IMG/VR virus record: IMGVR_UViG_3300027848_000027
Location: 1-54,888 of that record
Source of the DNA: a virus
Lineage: Duplodnaviria; Caudoviricetes
Direction: 5' to 3' (one strand)
Length of the DNA: 54,888 nucleotides
A program made the position numbers and the translations under genes. Below, piece after piece: positions 41,701-51,584 of this stretch. The notes beneath the pieces were generated by a model, which made no database searches, was not told the origin of the DNA, and saw nothing but the letters and a program-made list of their open reading frames with translations. Position 1 is the first letter of the stretch. Each line of letters starts with the position of its first letter.

Positions 41701-43809
41701 TTTAAGATACGGTTTAAAGATTACATAGATGCCGATAATTTGAATGAAGCAGGTAAGCCTGAATTTAATTTTAATTCTAATAAGTACGATGGATATAAAT
41801 TCACAACTCTTCTTAAACCAATTAAGGAAAATATTAATGATGCATCTGCTCCTATTAGATACCGATTCATAGAACATGAAGAATTTAAATTTGTGATCTT
41901 ATTAATTGAATTAAATATTGGATCAAGTGAATCTATTGACGAATATTGGTCAACTGAGTCAATTGTTGATCCATATTCAGGAGTATCTAATATCCCAACT
42001 GTGTCAACTATATCACCTACTCCTTCTGAACCAATATGCTATTTAGATTCTATTCCAGGAAGTGATGAAATTGCATACAACTCAATAAATGGAGATTATA
42101 GAATAAGCTTTGAAGATATTAATGGGCTTGAAATTTCAAACATGACTCATACTTTATTGTATGCCCTTAAACATAAGAAATTTAATCAACTTGGTGATAA
42201 TTTCTCAAATATCAAGCTTAGTAGTAAATTATGGTTAAGTGCAAGTGGAGTACTTGGAGCATTTAATAGTGATTATGAAATAGATGCTATTAAAAACGTA
42301 AGCATTTCAAATTATCCTTCTAATATAAGTGAAGAGATACATTTTCCAGGAGATGATACATTCATAATAGGATATGATACAGTCATTTTTCAAGATCAAT
42401 TTATCGATGTTATTAACGGACTATCTCCAGTTGGAATAAGTAATTTTATTTCATCTACTCGTGATACAGTATCGTATGTAGATATTTCAGCAATTGGAGG
42501 ATATTCATATGGATTATCAGATAATACTGGTACTCTATTAACATATTTACCATCAGGTATAAGTGAATCACAAGTATCTGCAAATTATGTATTTAAAATA
42601 ATGAAAGGTGGAGAATTATACTTCGAGACATTATTTGAAAAATTATCATTTGGTAAATTTAAAGAAATCACTAATGAGTTAAATCCATTCGTTGAATATG
42701 AAACATATTCTTATAACGGAACAGTATTAACTTCTAAGACTTCTAAGTGGTACACTGAAATACCTAATAGCTCATACGTAGAAAAAGTAGATGCAATAAT
42801 TACTCAGATCGATGATGATAAGCCATCTAATCTAGCATTTAAAAGTGTTGTAGGATTTAGATATGAAAGATCAGCATTAGATAATAGATATGAGATTAAT
42901 AGATACGATGGAGGATTCGTTCCACTATTTAAAGATGTATTCACGTTTAACTCTAAATTTAATTTCGACAAAAATGATATTAATTCATTAGATTTAAGTA
43001 ACACTAGATTTAATATAAATATAGACAGTTTCTTAAAGTTATCAAATTTTAGCCATATTAAAATAGCAAAAACTAAGATTCTAGATCTTGAATCTGATGC
43101 AGAATATGAGCCACGATATGAAATAGCAAATGAGATTGCAATTGGAAGATCCGACTATGACCTATTCAATTCAAACTGGGACTTTGGATTCCACCATAGA
43201 TATCAAAATAAAAAGAGTAAGATTCCAGTTTCTGGAACTCTTAGAATCGAGGAGGATTATTCATTCATAGCTAAGATTATAAACCTTAGAACTAATATTG
43301 AATTGGAAAAATATGATATCGTTAAAGTTAATGAAGTGAATAATGTGAATCTTGATAATTATCAAATTGTATATCAAGACGGAGATACTACAATCAGTGG
43401 AAAAATTAATGTGAAAAATGCTCTAATCTCATACCTATTACAAGATGGGATAGCTGCTAAATTCAATGAGTACCTAATTGCACATCCTGACTATATTGGA
43501 AACTTTGAAACTATCGAAGATTATGTTAAGGAATACATAAACCTTAATATCATTAAGCTGTATGAGATTATAGAGGTAGAGTTTTATACAAAAGAGGATA
43601 AAACACTAGATGAAAAATCATTACTTTCTAATCAAAACGCAATTGAGTTTAAAACACTAGATGATTCTGAACGCTTTGAACAGGGATATAAACTGAACCG
43701 AAACATGAAGATAAATAAACTTGATAGATTTACACTGGGTTTTGAATTTGCGAAAGCAATTAACAGTGGAACACTAGTAAGTCCTAAAATAAAAATTAAA
43801 TTTATATAA
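38770..43809 (+). CDS. Large putative baseplate/tail structural protein
   Basis: 1679-aa ORF in the late operon, 3-4 nt from its neighbours. Confidence 0.6.
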   Translation: MAKTIDFQQILQDEASFQLVRTNPKLTGNVKLTVDSNDKMWLNSIDVNEELSKALYKRFAIDPTKSLPGNMFTFFDNGTTPSEIVFQMSESFDSTKTSTDYKDQYDFDHYFSGVNYLPSRRYDEKLSYFAPIYLREDVPEYFVIFKIEDPLNSPIDQMTATYPYDKENYIKELFKKSTIIKTFDLRKTTEVGKFLRKHVNSLKYNPLEVSYDENTLTLFTGILYDSGVFGQRGENLYDFYKKANPLKAFEEFITLGFERNGVIFPNILNMEFIFDDETSEIYDFNRYVGMYVNAIELSKFDVDLDRGFGERGNWENTPRFRREYFEYEDVNLDQANPNGVIVPITNLDLYLSDFKNIFTDKDNMFFNYITDRFENLHLPILDDPYDIDYEEGNELKSGKIRISNTNLELGDMFGPGKSFLQDKGVVDGDQGFSYAYIKIETMKHLDSFKLYHPHGTRTDSNGRYELIEGASNFASFTSPTDSYYFHDIDNVNSNDTFYFNIDGTKLEIAKSLTGCINNIRRGSIKAYAFNEYVFIKCNVAGNYDAMYSLSFDSQYLDFTGVTINDVTGTNLTSIINFEGGSTTSGNRLIIDYTQFEKIKTRLDDVLVKTTNGWSKIDKISRFIDPIQDKNISTFENRNDAIAEFFGKMSIALKLKDSPKLESGDFTMKLKHRPAFGLLSFFPIKDFDFDFYSSEYLNFPQVDLYEHYHIPPLMKEIYNGFTYDIYGNGEIDINGVTAIAPGQYIVPSGTDGPYEYTVISGDVIVEARGDQGSSTGYWNAVDDANEELTEFPGFFLLKDPDRVIPEITSGNPGFDLYNRRDKYLNGIASSEYDFYKENTSKDFALRSKILPYITKWVYPDGLDCRSNPYRLNTELVFGFNNFSPDHEDATQNPSNFTHEWFYIESKFRYNDDEHIVKLNNSYFPEPFDLTKALTESGYFIDYFTYTPTYLSKEVGQTQTRYSPIRKNNLGIYETFFKGFKIRFKDYIDADNLNEAGKPEFNFNSNKYDGYKFTTLLKPIKENINDASAPIRYRFIEHEEFKFVILLIELNIGSSESIDEYWSTESIVDPYSGVSNIPTVSTISPTPSEPICYLDSIPGSDEIAYNSINGDYRISFEDINGLEISNMTHTLLYALKHKKFNQLGDNFSNIKLSSKLWLSASGVLGAFNSDYEIDAIKNVSISNYPSNISEEIHFPGDDTFIIGYDTVIFQDQFIDVINGLSPVGISNFISSTRDTVSYVDISAIGGYSYGLSDNTGTLLTYLPSGISESQVSANYVFKIMKGGELYFETLFEKLSFGKFKEITNELNPFVEYETYSYNGTVLTSKTSKWYTEIPNSSYVEKVDAIITQIDDDKPSNLAFKSVVGFRYERSALDNRYEINRYDGGFVPLFKDVFTFNSKFNFDKNDINSLDLSNTRFNINIDSFLKLSNFSHIKIAKTKILDLESDAEYEPRYEIANEIAIGRSDYDLFNSNWDFGFHHRYQNKKSKIPVSGTLRIEEDYSFIAKIINLRTNIELEKYDIVKVNEVNNVNLDNYQIVYQDGDTTISGKINVKNALISYLLQDGIAAKFNEYLIAHPDYIGNFETIEDYVKEYINLNIIKLYEIIEVEFYTKEDKTLDEKSLLSNQNAIEFKTLDDSERFEQGYKLNRNMKINKLDRFTLGFEFAKAINSGTLVSPKIKIKFI

Positions 43810-43813
43810 CAAT

Positions 43814-46800
43814 ATGCCAGTAAGAATAAATTTAAAGGAGCTTTTTGGAAGCGACTCACAGACTATAACAGTAGACAAATTAAATTTCAACTTTAATAAA
43901 CTATTGGAACTTGGAATTGGACTCGAAGGAGTCAAAGGAGTAACAGGTGGAACCGGTTCAATTGGTCCATCTGGTATAAAAGGAGACCAGGGAGATAAGG
44001 GAAATCAATGGTTCGTTGGAACATCAGATCCAAACGCAACAACTTTCCCTGGATTAATGGATGAAGATTTCTACGTTCTATCTGATAACAGTCAAATCTG
44101 GCAATATGACGAGTTAACTAATACGTGGAATATTATCGTTGATTTAGGTGGAATAGTAAATAACTACTTAAATACTGCAGGGACTACATTCGTAAGAGGA
44201 TTTGGAGAAGGATCTCCACAGGATTCACGATATATCATGTTCCCAAATAGAGGTAATTCAATAACTGACCAGCAGGGAGATAAAATAGGAGCTGGAGTAA
44301 CTGACAATGATATATTAATGTTAAGTAACTTTAATGAGACACTTCAAGGCTTAGTATTAGACATAGATAATGATTTATCAGATACTGATAAATATTATAC
44401 AGCTATTCAAAAGATCTATGTAGATAGATCAAATTCAATAGATAAAAGATATCACCTTGAATTAGGATCACTAAATGATGTAGGATCAACAGGTTCTCCG
44501 TTTGAATTATCAACACTTAATCAGAATTTAAAACTTAGACATGAATATAAAAATGGAATATTCAACGGAGTATTCTCATTGACTAAATTAGAATCAGCAC
44601 CAATCGGTGGTATTCTACATAATGGGTTATTTGATTTTCAATTTGCTAAATTTAACGCATCAGGTCCAACTGTTCAAAGGGAAGGATTTGTTCAAATGGG
44701 ATCTAGATATTCACACCTAGCAATGGGAAGATCGTATGTTGAATTTGATGGAATTAACTTCAATGTATCAGGAGTTGGAAATGGTGGTATCGGTATTGGT
44801 GAAAACTTCAATAATGTACTTCCACATATAAATGGAAATAGTTATCTAGTTCTTAAAACTGACGATACCGGAGTAAATGGAATAATGTTAGATACTGATG
44901 TTTACCAAGACAATGGAAACATCGAACAATTAGGAACAGGACCCGTATCTGTAAACACAGCTATTGGATCTGGTATTGCTAATTCAGCACTTGGAAATCT
45001 TACATATGGATTAAATGGAATTGCTATATCTGGAAACAGAGTAATACAGGCTGGCGGATCTACATCAATCGCATATCCTGCAACTAATTTAAATGATGCA
45101 GGGTTCGAAGGTTATATGTTCGTTAGCGATATAAACAATTCTAATTCTCCAATTAATGTATCAAGTCAATTATTCACAGGTAAAAGTGCTGATATTTCAG
45201 GAATAATACCAGTTGGGGCTGCAATTAGCGATATTGCAGTAAATGGAGAGTTACTATACCTAATCACTAATCAACAATCGGGTGTTCAAAATGATATAAC
45301 CGTTGGATCAAACGTATATAATAGAACTAATTTTCAAATCGTAAGATTTGATACAGATGTAGCATCTGACTTTACCTCAGTATTCCAGACTAGAATAACT
45401 AGTTTAGACGGAGCACATAGAATAAAACTAAATGGAGGTAGAGCAATTGTAGCAACTAATCACCTTAGAAGTTGGGGAAATCCTGCTGAAAACGCAATAA
45501 ATTCTCAATATGAACATGATGGATATATAACTTCTGTTAATATAACCAATGAGCAAACACCGATCGTTGTAGCATCTAAGAATACAGATAGAATGCACCA
45601 CCTTGATCTAGAAGTGGCTAATAATAAAGCATATACTATATCTATAGAATTTAATCCACCAGTTGGAGTAAATCACCCAGGATTCGGCGTTTCAGTTAGA
45701 TCATTTGATTTAGATAATGCAATTGGAACTGAATCATCATATAATATCGTTGCACCTAATACGGTAAACATTAATAATGCTAATCATAATAACTTAACAT
45801 CTATTAATAAGTTTGGTGCGATAGCTGTATCTGGAGATATTATCTGGGCAGTTCATAAAAACATATTATATACTTTAAAACAAGATTCGGTATCTGGATC
45901 ATTTACACCACTTAATATTTTAGCATATAATATTGATGATAATATCAGAGCGATGGATATTGAAGTAGTTGGAGAATCAATATATGTACTATGTGCATCT
46001 GGTAATCCAACGATGGCATACTCTCCTACTAATACACATATTGTTAAAATTAATAAACGCGAAGTATCTAGTCCGGTTATCATTAGTAAGACAGATATTA
46101 ACGAACCTTCATCTTCTAGATTAATAATAGAAGGGAACAATATATATGTTAATAAGACAAATGGAAATACTGGATATTTAATACCTATTGAGATCGATGG
46201 ATTTAAATCAGATGCTATAAAAATAGGATCAATTAAATCAACATGTGCAAATATAACTAATGATTTAAAGGTTGGTAATAACCTTAATGTCGGTCAATCA
46301 GTTAATGTAGGAAAAGGTGGAATTAAAGCAATTGGTCCAATTGCATCTGGAATAGTACTTACTAATTTATCTGGTATCAATAAGACAATTACTGAATTAA
46401 ATCTAAATCCATTTAGTTTACAAGTAAGTGGTAATATGTTAATGCATAATACTCACGTTACCGGAACTACAAAACTTCACTTTAACTCTACTGCCTCTTC
46501 TAGAAAAACTGAGGTGATAAATTTATCTCCGAATGGCAGCCTAATGTTTAAAGCTACTCCTAATTATATTACTGAAAATAATCCAGCAGATTTAGCAACG
46601 CTAAGTATTATTGGAGGAGGAACGAATGGCATTTATATGTATACGCCAGATTCTACTACAGTTGATTTAGTTGGCGATATAAAAATTAGACCGGGTGATA
46701 CTACTATACCACTAGATTTTCCAATAGCAGGTCAACCACCATATTACAAAGAAGGAGTTATTGTACTTGAAAGACGAGTACAAATGGTAAATTCATTAGA

Positions 46801-47311
46801 GATTGGAATAGGTGGAAATTTTGCTAATACATTTAATCTTGGTACGCTATGGATGAGACGTACTGAAAGTTCAGGAAACTGGGCATCTGGTACATATAAT
46901 ACAAATATTGCACAATTATCTAAACCATATGATAGAATTATACGGTTTCAAGCAAGTGGAGTAGGTGGTACTCCTCCTGGTAAATTAATGGTATGGATGG
47001 AAAATACACCAGGATCGGGGAGCATGACAATTGCAGGTCTAACAGGTGGATGGCACCTTACTAAAAAGATGATGTTTGATTCAGACATGGTGGAACAAAT
47101 AATAATACCATCATGTCACAGATTCTATATAGAAGTAGGTTTGGGTATTTCAAATGGATGGACTAATAATTTTAAAATAAGTCAATATCGGTTTGGAAAA
47201 CTAGATGGAGGATGTAATGGAGCAGGTAATGTGTCAATTAATGAAGATGCAGCAATTGTTGCTCCTGAAGTGTCAATTAATGAAGATGCAGCAATTGTTG
47301 CTCCTGAATAA
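43814..47311 (+). CDS. Putative tail fibre / receptor-binding protein with aberrant C-terminus
   Basis: N-terminal KLNFNF motif, short collagen-like GXY run (~43919-44002) and beta-propeller-like middle. The last ~27 codons are antisense tail-sheath sequence. Confidence 0.65.
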   Translation: MPVRINLKELFGSDSQTITVDKLNFNFNKLLELGIGLEGVKGVTGGTGSIGPSGIKGDQGDKGNQWFVGTSDPNATTFPGLMDEDFYVLSDNSQIWQYDELTNTWNIIVDLGGIVNNYLNTAGTTFVRGFGEGSPQDSRYIMFPNRGNSITDQQGDKIGAGVTDNDILMLSNFNETLQGLVLDIDNDLSDTDKYYTAIQKIYVDRSNSIDKRYHLELGSLNDVGSTGSPFELSTLNQNLKLRHEYKNGIFNGVFSLTKLESAPIGGILHNGLFDFQFAKFNASGPTVQREGFVQMGSRYSHLAMGRSYVEFDGINFNVSGVGNGGIGIGENFNNVLPHINGNSYLVLKTDDTGVNGIMLDTDVYQDNGNIEQLGTGPVSVNTAIGSGIANSALGNLTYGLNGIAISGNRVIQAGGSTSIAYPATNLNDAGFEGYMFVSDINNSNSPINVSSQLFTGKSADISGIIPVGAAISDIAVNGELLYLITNQQSGVQNDITVGSNVYNRTNFQIVRFDTDVASDFTSVFQTRITSLDGAHRIKLNGGRAIVATNHLRSWGNPAENAINSQYEHDGYITSVNITNEQTPIVVASKNTDRMHHLDLEVANNKAYTISIEFNPPVGVNHPGFGVSVRSFDLDNAIGTESSYNIVAPNTVNINNANHNNLTSINKFGAIAVSGDIIWAVHKNILYTLKQDSVSGSFTPLNILAYNIDDNIRAMDIEVVGESIYVLCASGNPTMAYSPTNTHIVKINKREVSSPVIISKTDINEPSSSRLIIEGNNIYVNKTNGNTGYLIPIEIDGFKSDAIKIGSIKSTCANITNDLKVGNNLNVGQSVNVGKGGIKAIGPIASGIVLTNLSGINKTITELNLNPFSLQVSGNMLMHNTHVTGTTKLHFNSTASSRKTEVINLSPNGSLMFKATPNYITENNPADLATLSIIGGGTNGIYMYTPDSTTVDLVGDIKIRPGDTTIPLDFPIAGQPPYYKEGVIVLERRVQMVNSLEIGIGGNFANTFNLGTLWMRRTESSGNWASGTYNTNIAQLSKPYDRIIRFQASGVGGTPPGKLMVWMENTPGSGSMTIAGLTGGWHLTKKMMFDSDMVEQIIIPSCHRFYIEVGLGISNGWTNNFKISQYRFGKLDGGCNGAGNVSINEDAAIVAPEVSINEDAAIVAPE

Positions 47312-47495
47312 TCAAATCCTCCATCGTCTGCAGAGTAAACTAATTCGTCATAACCATGTCCAACAATATCAATTCTATGCGTATCTACTTCAATATCATT
47401 AAATGCCGTATTCTCAAGATCCATAAGATCTAATTTATCAGCATCGATAGCACACATTATTCCAGTTGTTGGGAATGACCTATTAACTAATCTAG
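47227..47495 (-). repeat. Inverted partial copy of tail sheath gene
   Basis: 47270-47355 is the reverse complement of window 1-86 with one mismatch, and 47227-47269 matches 48-90. The frame continues as RLVNRSFPTTGIMCAIDADK...VGHGYDE. The right boundary is inferred. Confidence 0.9.
47231..47308 (+). repeat. Perfect 39-bp tandem duplication
   Basis: GTGTCAATTAATGAAGATGCAGCAATTGTTGCTCCTGAA occurs twice. Confidence 0.97.
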
Positions 47496-47531
47496 AGAAT
47501 CTAGTATATCAATAATCATTAGCTAAGTTAT

Positions 47532-48335
47532 TTAAATTAAAGATTTCATCGTGAATGGTAATACTCGTTCCTGATTCAGGAGAGTATATAATTCTGATAG
47601 AATCCCAGGTTCGAACTTAACACCCTTTGTAATTCCTTTACTAAACGTTAATGTTGACGAGACAGCTGATGCTAATTTATCATTGTCCATTTCCTCATTC
47701 ATAACTACGAATAATACATTCTGCTCTGGCTCCATTGTTAATAGATCAGGGTTACCACTCTCTACTACGGCGTCATGTATTGCATTTTCTCGTATTTCAT
47801 CAAGGGTTATCGTAATCACATGAGTTAATTTATGGCCAAACTTATATCTTCTATCCATTTTAAGCTTCCATATATCATAGTCCATATCTCCTTTCTTATT
47901 TAGAATGATAAATATTTCTCGTTCCCTATGTAGACCTGGATTTTTGAAATGTGATTCAGTACATTCTAATAGATCTAACATTGAATCTAAATAATCCAAC
48001 ATTAGTCCAGTCAATAAGTAATTAGCACTTTTGAATATCTCTACTAGATCTTCTGGCATTTGATATAATTTTCTTAAATGATCTCGTATCACCATCAATT
48101 TAGGGTCGTTCCATATAGGAGTCATGTTAAAATTAAACATACTTCCCTCTACTGCCAAATTATTAAGATTTAGTGCATGGAATAGTATTTCGTAGAAACT
48201 TGACGTATCTCCATCATCTAGTCTTTTTCTATATTTTTGATTTGCGGCAAGTAGAATATACTTAGAATATTCTGGATCAATTCCATGATTTCCTTTAGTT
48301 ATCCATATCGGATCTAATATGTGTGAATTACTCAT
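47532..48335 (-). CDS. Hypothetical protein
   Basis: 267-aa ORF divergent from the neck gene, preceded by AATAAATA. Confidence 0.75.
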   Translation of the reverse strand: MSNSHILDPIWITKGNHGIDPEYSKYILLAANQKYRKRLDDGDTSSFYEILFHALNLNNLAVEGSMFNFNMTPIWNDPKLMVIRDHLRKLYQMPEDLVEIFKSANYLLTGLMLDYLDSMLDLLECTESHFKNPGLHREREIFIILNKKGDMDYDIWKLKMDRRYKFGHKLTHVITITLDEIRENAIHDAVVESGNPDLLTMEPEQNVLFVVMNEEMDNDKLASAVSSTLTFSKGITKGVKFEPGILSELYTLLNQERVLPFTMKSLI

Positions 48336-48344
48336 TTTAAAAAA

Positions 48345-48426
48345 TTATGCTTTTTTATTATTTATTCTACCGAATAAACACGGTTCAGTTTACCAAAATA
48401 TTATGAATAAATAATAAAAAGCATAA
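48345..48426. promoter_or_regulatory. Back-to-back late promoters forming an inverted repeat
   Basis: TTATGCTTTTTTATTATTTATTC (48345-48367) and GAATAAATAATAAAAAGCATAA (48405-48426) are inverted copies differing by one A. Confidence 0.7.
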
Positions 48427-48437
48427 AATTCAACCAG

Positions 48438-50588
48438 ATGGCTAATATAACGCTTAAACTATTAATAAATCCAGAAAAAAATTCTTTAACATTTAGTAGA
48501 AATTATAGAATTTTCTCAACAGTTGACCCAGTTAAAAATATTACTGGATTTACTGATATGGTTGAAGACTTGATCTTAAGCTCACCAAGTACTGTAGATT
48601 TAAATAAATTAAAAAGATACTTTAGATATTCTAGAAATAAACTAGATTGGTCATTATGGTATGATGTTGAACCTGGTAATTTAGGAGAAGCTGATGATAT
48701 TATACTTGAGGAAAAACAAGACTTTTATTTTGAGATAAAGTATGAATATGACGATGGTACTAAAAATGAAATTGGATCAGTAATTGAAATCAATGAAATT
48801 AAGCTAAGATTTGCAGACGCAAGTGGTGTAGCAAATACATATGCTCCTGTTGTAATTAGCTCAGATGAATTTAATAACTCGTTAATTTTAAATGATGAAC
48901 CTGGTTTTAAACCATACCAAGTTGATAGTGCACTTGGAATGTTTAAAGAACTTTCATTTTATACCAATAAGATGTTTGGACATGAAGTTGTCTATTTCAG
49001 AACACTTCCAGAATCAGATAGTGGAGATTTTATATTCAAAGAATGGACTCTATTTAAAAACGTAGATCGTAAAGCAATTAAAGTTCTCGTTCCAAAGAAT
49101 GCATTTCCAAGTAACGATCCTAAATATACAGAATATGGACTTGATTTTCAAGCTCCATTTGAGATACACATAGATCATAGATATTTTCAATCTGAGTTCG
49201 GAAAAGGATCTCACCCTAGACACAGGGATTTTTTATATTTTCCACTACTAAATAGAATGTATGAGATTGCAGGAACTTATCTACATAGAGGATTTATGAT
49301 GGAACAAACATATTGGAAAGTTAATCTACAAAAATATAATCCTAATGTTGATATGCTATTAACTGATGATTCTAGGACATTCTTAGATAACGTTATTCAG
49401 TCAGCTGATGAACTATTTAGTGACGTAGTTGAAGATGATACAAAGGATGCTACAATGCCTCAACAATATAATACGATCAGTAATAGATTTGATCCGTCTA
49501 GAAGTGCAATACATCCAGACTTAAGAATCAGACCTTTGAAATATAATTTCAATCATTCTAGTCTAATTGAGAATTACTACGACTTAAGTGCTATTGTTTC
49601 ACAGGTATCAACTTTCGAGATCACTCAGGATGTTGTTCCTACTAGAACAAGTATCAATGTTGAAACTCTGCCACATATCAATGGCGGGATCCCTAGGGAC
49701 TATGATGTGATATTAGCATATCAGGATTCTGGACCATATAAATATTGGAAAAACAACGCTCTTATTACAACTGATAAGAATGTATCTGGTATTGATTCAA
49801 AATACATAAGAGTTAGAGGTCCTATTGATTCTATACCGAATCATGATGAGTATCCTGACGCTGGTCGCTATGTTAGAATTGAAGCATATAAGGATCTTTC
49901 ATTCACTAAGCAACGAAACATTATGCATGGAGTAGATACAAATGGAAAGGACGTAGTGAATTTTAAAATAAGAGAAGCATCAATCATTTATAATGCAGTT
50001 CCAATATTTGATAAAGATACTAATTGTAATATATCATATACGTCAATGTTCAACTTAAATAGTGGAAGTGACGTAGTTCAGTTTATAAATGGATATGATA
50101 ATGAATCATCAAAGGGTATTAGGATATCTGGGGAATTTATCAAGTATACTGGAAACACTGATCTTGGTGACTTTACAATCAATATTTTATTAAATGATAA
50201 TCCCAAGACGTTTACAATTAATAATTTTAAAAGTGGACAGTGGTACTCAGTTGTAGTATCTGCATCTAATGAATTCAAACAATGTGGAGTATACATTTAT
50301 TCAATATTAGAAGACGTCGCAGATTTGTCAAATCATACCGATTTTGTAAAAGTGTTCGAGAACATATCATCTATTCCAGAATTAGAATTTAATTTAACTG
50401 GAGAAAATTATTACATTCCATCTTCTAATATGTGGATATCAAATATTAGATTGTTTAAAACTATGATACGTGAAGAAGAACACGATTTTATATTAAGCCA
50501 ACAATATTTAAAGGATGAATCTAAATTATTGATAATTGATAATTGTAAACAACAGGTTAATCTTCCTTATATTGCTAAAAATAGATAA
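48438..50588 (+). CDS. Putative neck/head-closure protein (T4 gp14-like domain) with extensions
   Basis: GHEVVYF and P..RDFLYFPLLNRMYEI resemble the gp14-type D.IYFP....(F/Y)EI motif. C-terminal LamG-like region. Confidence 0.6.
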   Translation: MANITLKLLINPEKNSLTFSRNYRIFSTVDPVKNITGFTDMVEDLILSSPSTVDLNKLKRYFRYSRNKLDWSLWYDVEPGNLGEADDIILEEKQDFYFEIKYEYDDGTKNEIGSVIEINEIKLRFADASGVANTYAPVVISSDEFNNSLILNDEPGFKPYQVDSALGMFKELSFYTNKMFGHEVVYFRTLPESDSGDFIFKEWTLFKNVDRKAIKVLVPKNAFPSNDPKYTEYGLDFQAPFEIHIDHRYFQSEFGKGSHPRHRDFLYFPLLNRMYEIAGTYLHRGFMMEQTYWKVNLQKYNPNVDMLLTDDSRTFLDNVIQSADELFSDVVEDDTKDATMPQQYNTISNRFDPSRSAIHPDLRIRPLKYNFNHSSLIENYYDLSAIVSQVSTFEITQDVVPTRTSINVETLPHINGGIPRDYDVILAYQDSGPYKYWKNNALITTDKNVSGIDSKYIRVRGPIDSIPNHDEYPDAGRYVRIEAYKDLSFTKQRNIMHGVDTNGKDVVNFKIREASIIYNAVPIFDKDTNCNISYTSMFNLNSGSDVVQFINGYDNESSKGIRISGEFIKYTGNTDLGDFTINILLNDNPKTFTINNFKSGQWYSVVVSASNEFKQCGVYIYSILEDVADLSNHTDFVKVFENISSIPELEFNLTGENYYIPSSNMWISNIRLFKTMIREEEHDFILSQQYLKDESKLLIIDNCKQQVNLPYIAKNR

Positions 50589-50591
50589 ATA
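50584..50591 (+). promoter_or_regulatory. T4-like late promoter
   Basis: GATAAATA overlapping the upstream stop codon, 7 nt before the next ATG. Confidence 0.5.
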
Positions 50592-50598
50592 AGTATAT

Positions 50599-51384
50599 AT
50601 GCAACATTCAGATCACAATAATATAGATAATAAGAATACACAAGATATATTTTTAAGAAATGCGTCAATTGCAGTACTTGATAAATTAAATCGAAAGGTT
50701 ATAATTGATTTGGTCAGAAATGGAGTATTGGAGAAGCATGAAATTCCATTCCTATATAACAATGCAGGTACTGGTGGATTTATGCAAGACTTCTTTGTTG
50801 ATTTACCAAGTGATTGTAAATGTCCACATGCCGAGAGTCATTATGAAATGCTTCCTAGGGGAATCGTTACATTAAATAATTTTGCAATTAAAAGTGGAGA
50901 CATAACTAATCCATTTGTAAGAGGATCATTTAAACAAGAAGCAATATCGCAAACTAATGGAGAAAAGGTAATGAAAGCTTACTCGGCAAGATTGAGAACT
51001 TTACCAATGGATCTAGCATTTGAAATTAAAATTAAAAGTGATAATCTAAATAAAACATTTAAAATAGTAGAAAAGATTTTCGACTTTTATTATAAAAATG
51101 AAGTCGTTTATTTTCAATACAGAGGAATTAGAATACCTGGACAAATAAGATTTCCAGAGACGATGACTCATGATAAGAAATACAATTTCACGTATGATAC
51201 TGATCAGAATATAACTACGACATTTAATATTGAGTTCGAGACATATTACCCATCATTTGATGATTCATCTACTATGTATAAAGGTAATAAAATAGATCAA
51301 TTCAATATATCTAAAAAAATAGAAGGAAGTGGAACTACAATATCTGATGCATTTATTGATAGAGATGCTCCTGAAGTAGAATAA
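50599..51384 (+). CDS. Putative tail terminator / sheath stabiliser (T4 gp15-like)
   Basis: IPFLY, LPRGIVTL and PMDLAFEI motifs. Follows the gp14-like gene as in T4. Confidence 0.65.
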   Translation: MQHSDHNNIDNKNTQDIFLRNASIAVLDKLNRKVIIDLVRNGVLEKHEIPFLYNNAGTGGFMQDFFVDLPSDCKCPHAESHYEMLPRGIVTLNNFAIKSGDITNPFVRGSFKQEAISQTNGEKVMKAYSARLRTLPMDLAFEIKIKSDNLNKTFKIVEKIFDFYYKNEVVYFQYRGIRIPGQIRFPETMTHDKKYNFTYDTDQNITTTFNIEFETYYPSFDDSSTMYKGNKIDQFNISKKIEGSGTTISDAFIDRDAPEVE

Positions 51385-51584
51385 TGGAACAATATATAAA
51401 AACATTTGTACAATATATTAATGAGGATGTTAAAACTGGAGTTAATCATGAAGGCGAGATGTGGAACGTTTATACAAATGTAGGAGGTAGATCTAAACTA
51501 ATTAAAACTTGCGCAGATCGAAAAGAAGCTAGATTATTTTGGAATAATTACAAAGCATCATTGAAAAAATCTAAAACTAAATAA
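51384..51584 (+). CDS. Small hypothetical protein, possible virion internal protein
   Basis: TAATG overlaps on both sides. N-terminus YIKTFVQYINE. Confidence 0.7.
   Translation: MEQYIKTFVQYINEDVKTGVNHEGEMWNVYTNVGGRSKLIKTCADRKEARLFWNNYKASLKKSKTK

Noticed and set aside
47231-47308. 39-bp repeats as a mini CRISPR array
   Set aside because: The units are directly adjacent with no spacers, and there are no cas genes. The PD-(D/E)XK nuclease at 17018 lacks the Cas4 Fe-S cysteines.
47182-47457. 91-aa minus-strand ORF as an independent gene or true sheath N-terminus
   Set aside because: It is the internal sheath fragment. There is a TGA shortly upstream in frame, no promoter motif, and it runs into antisense fibre sequence.
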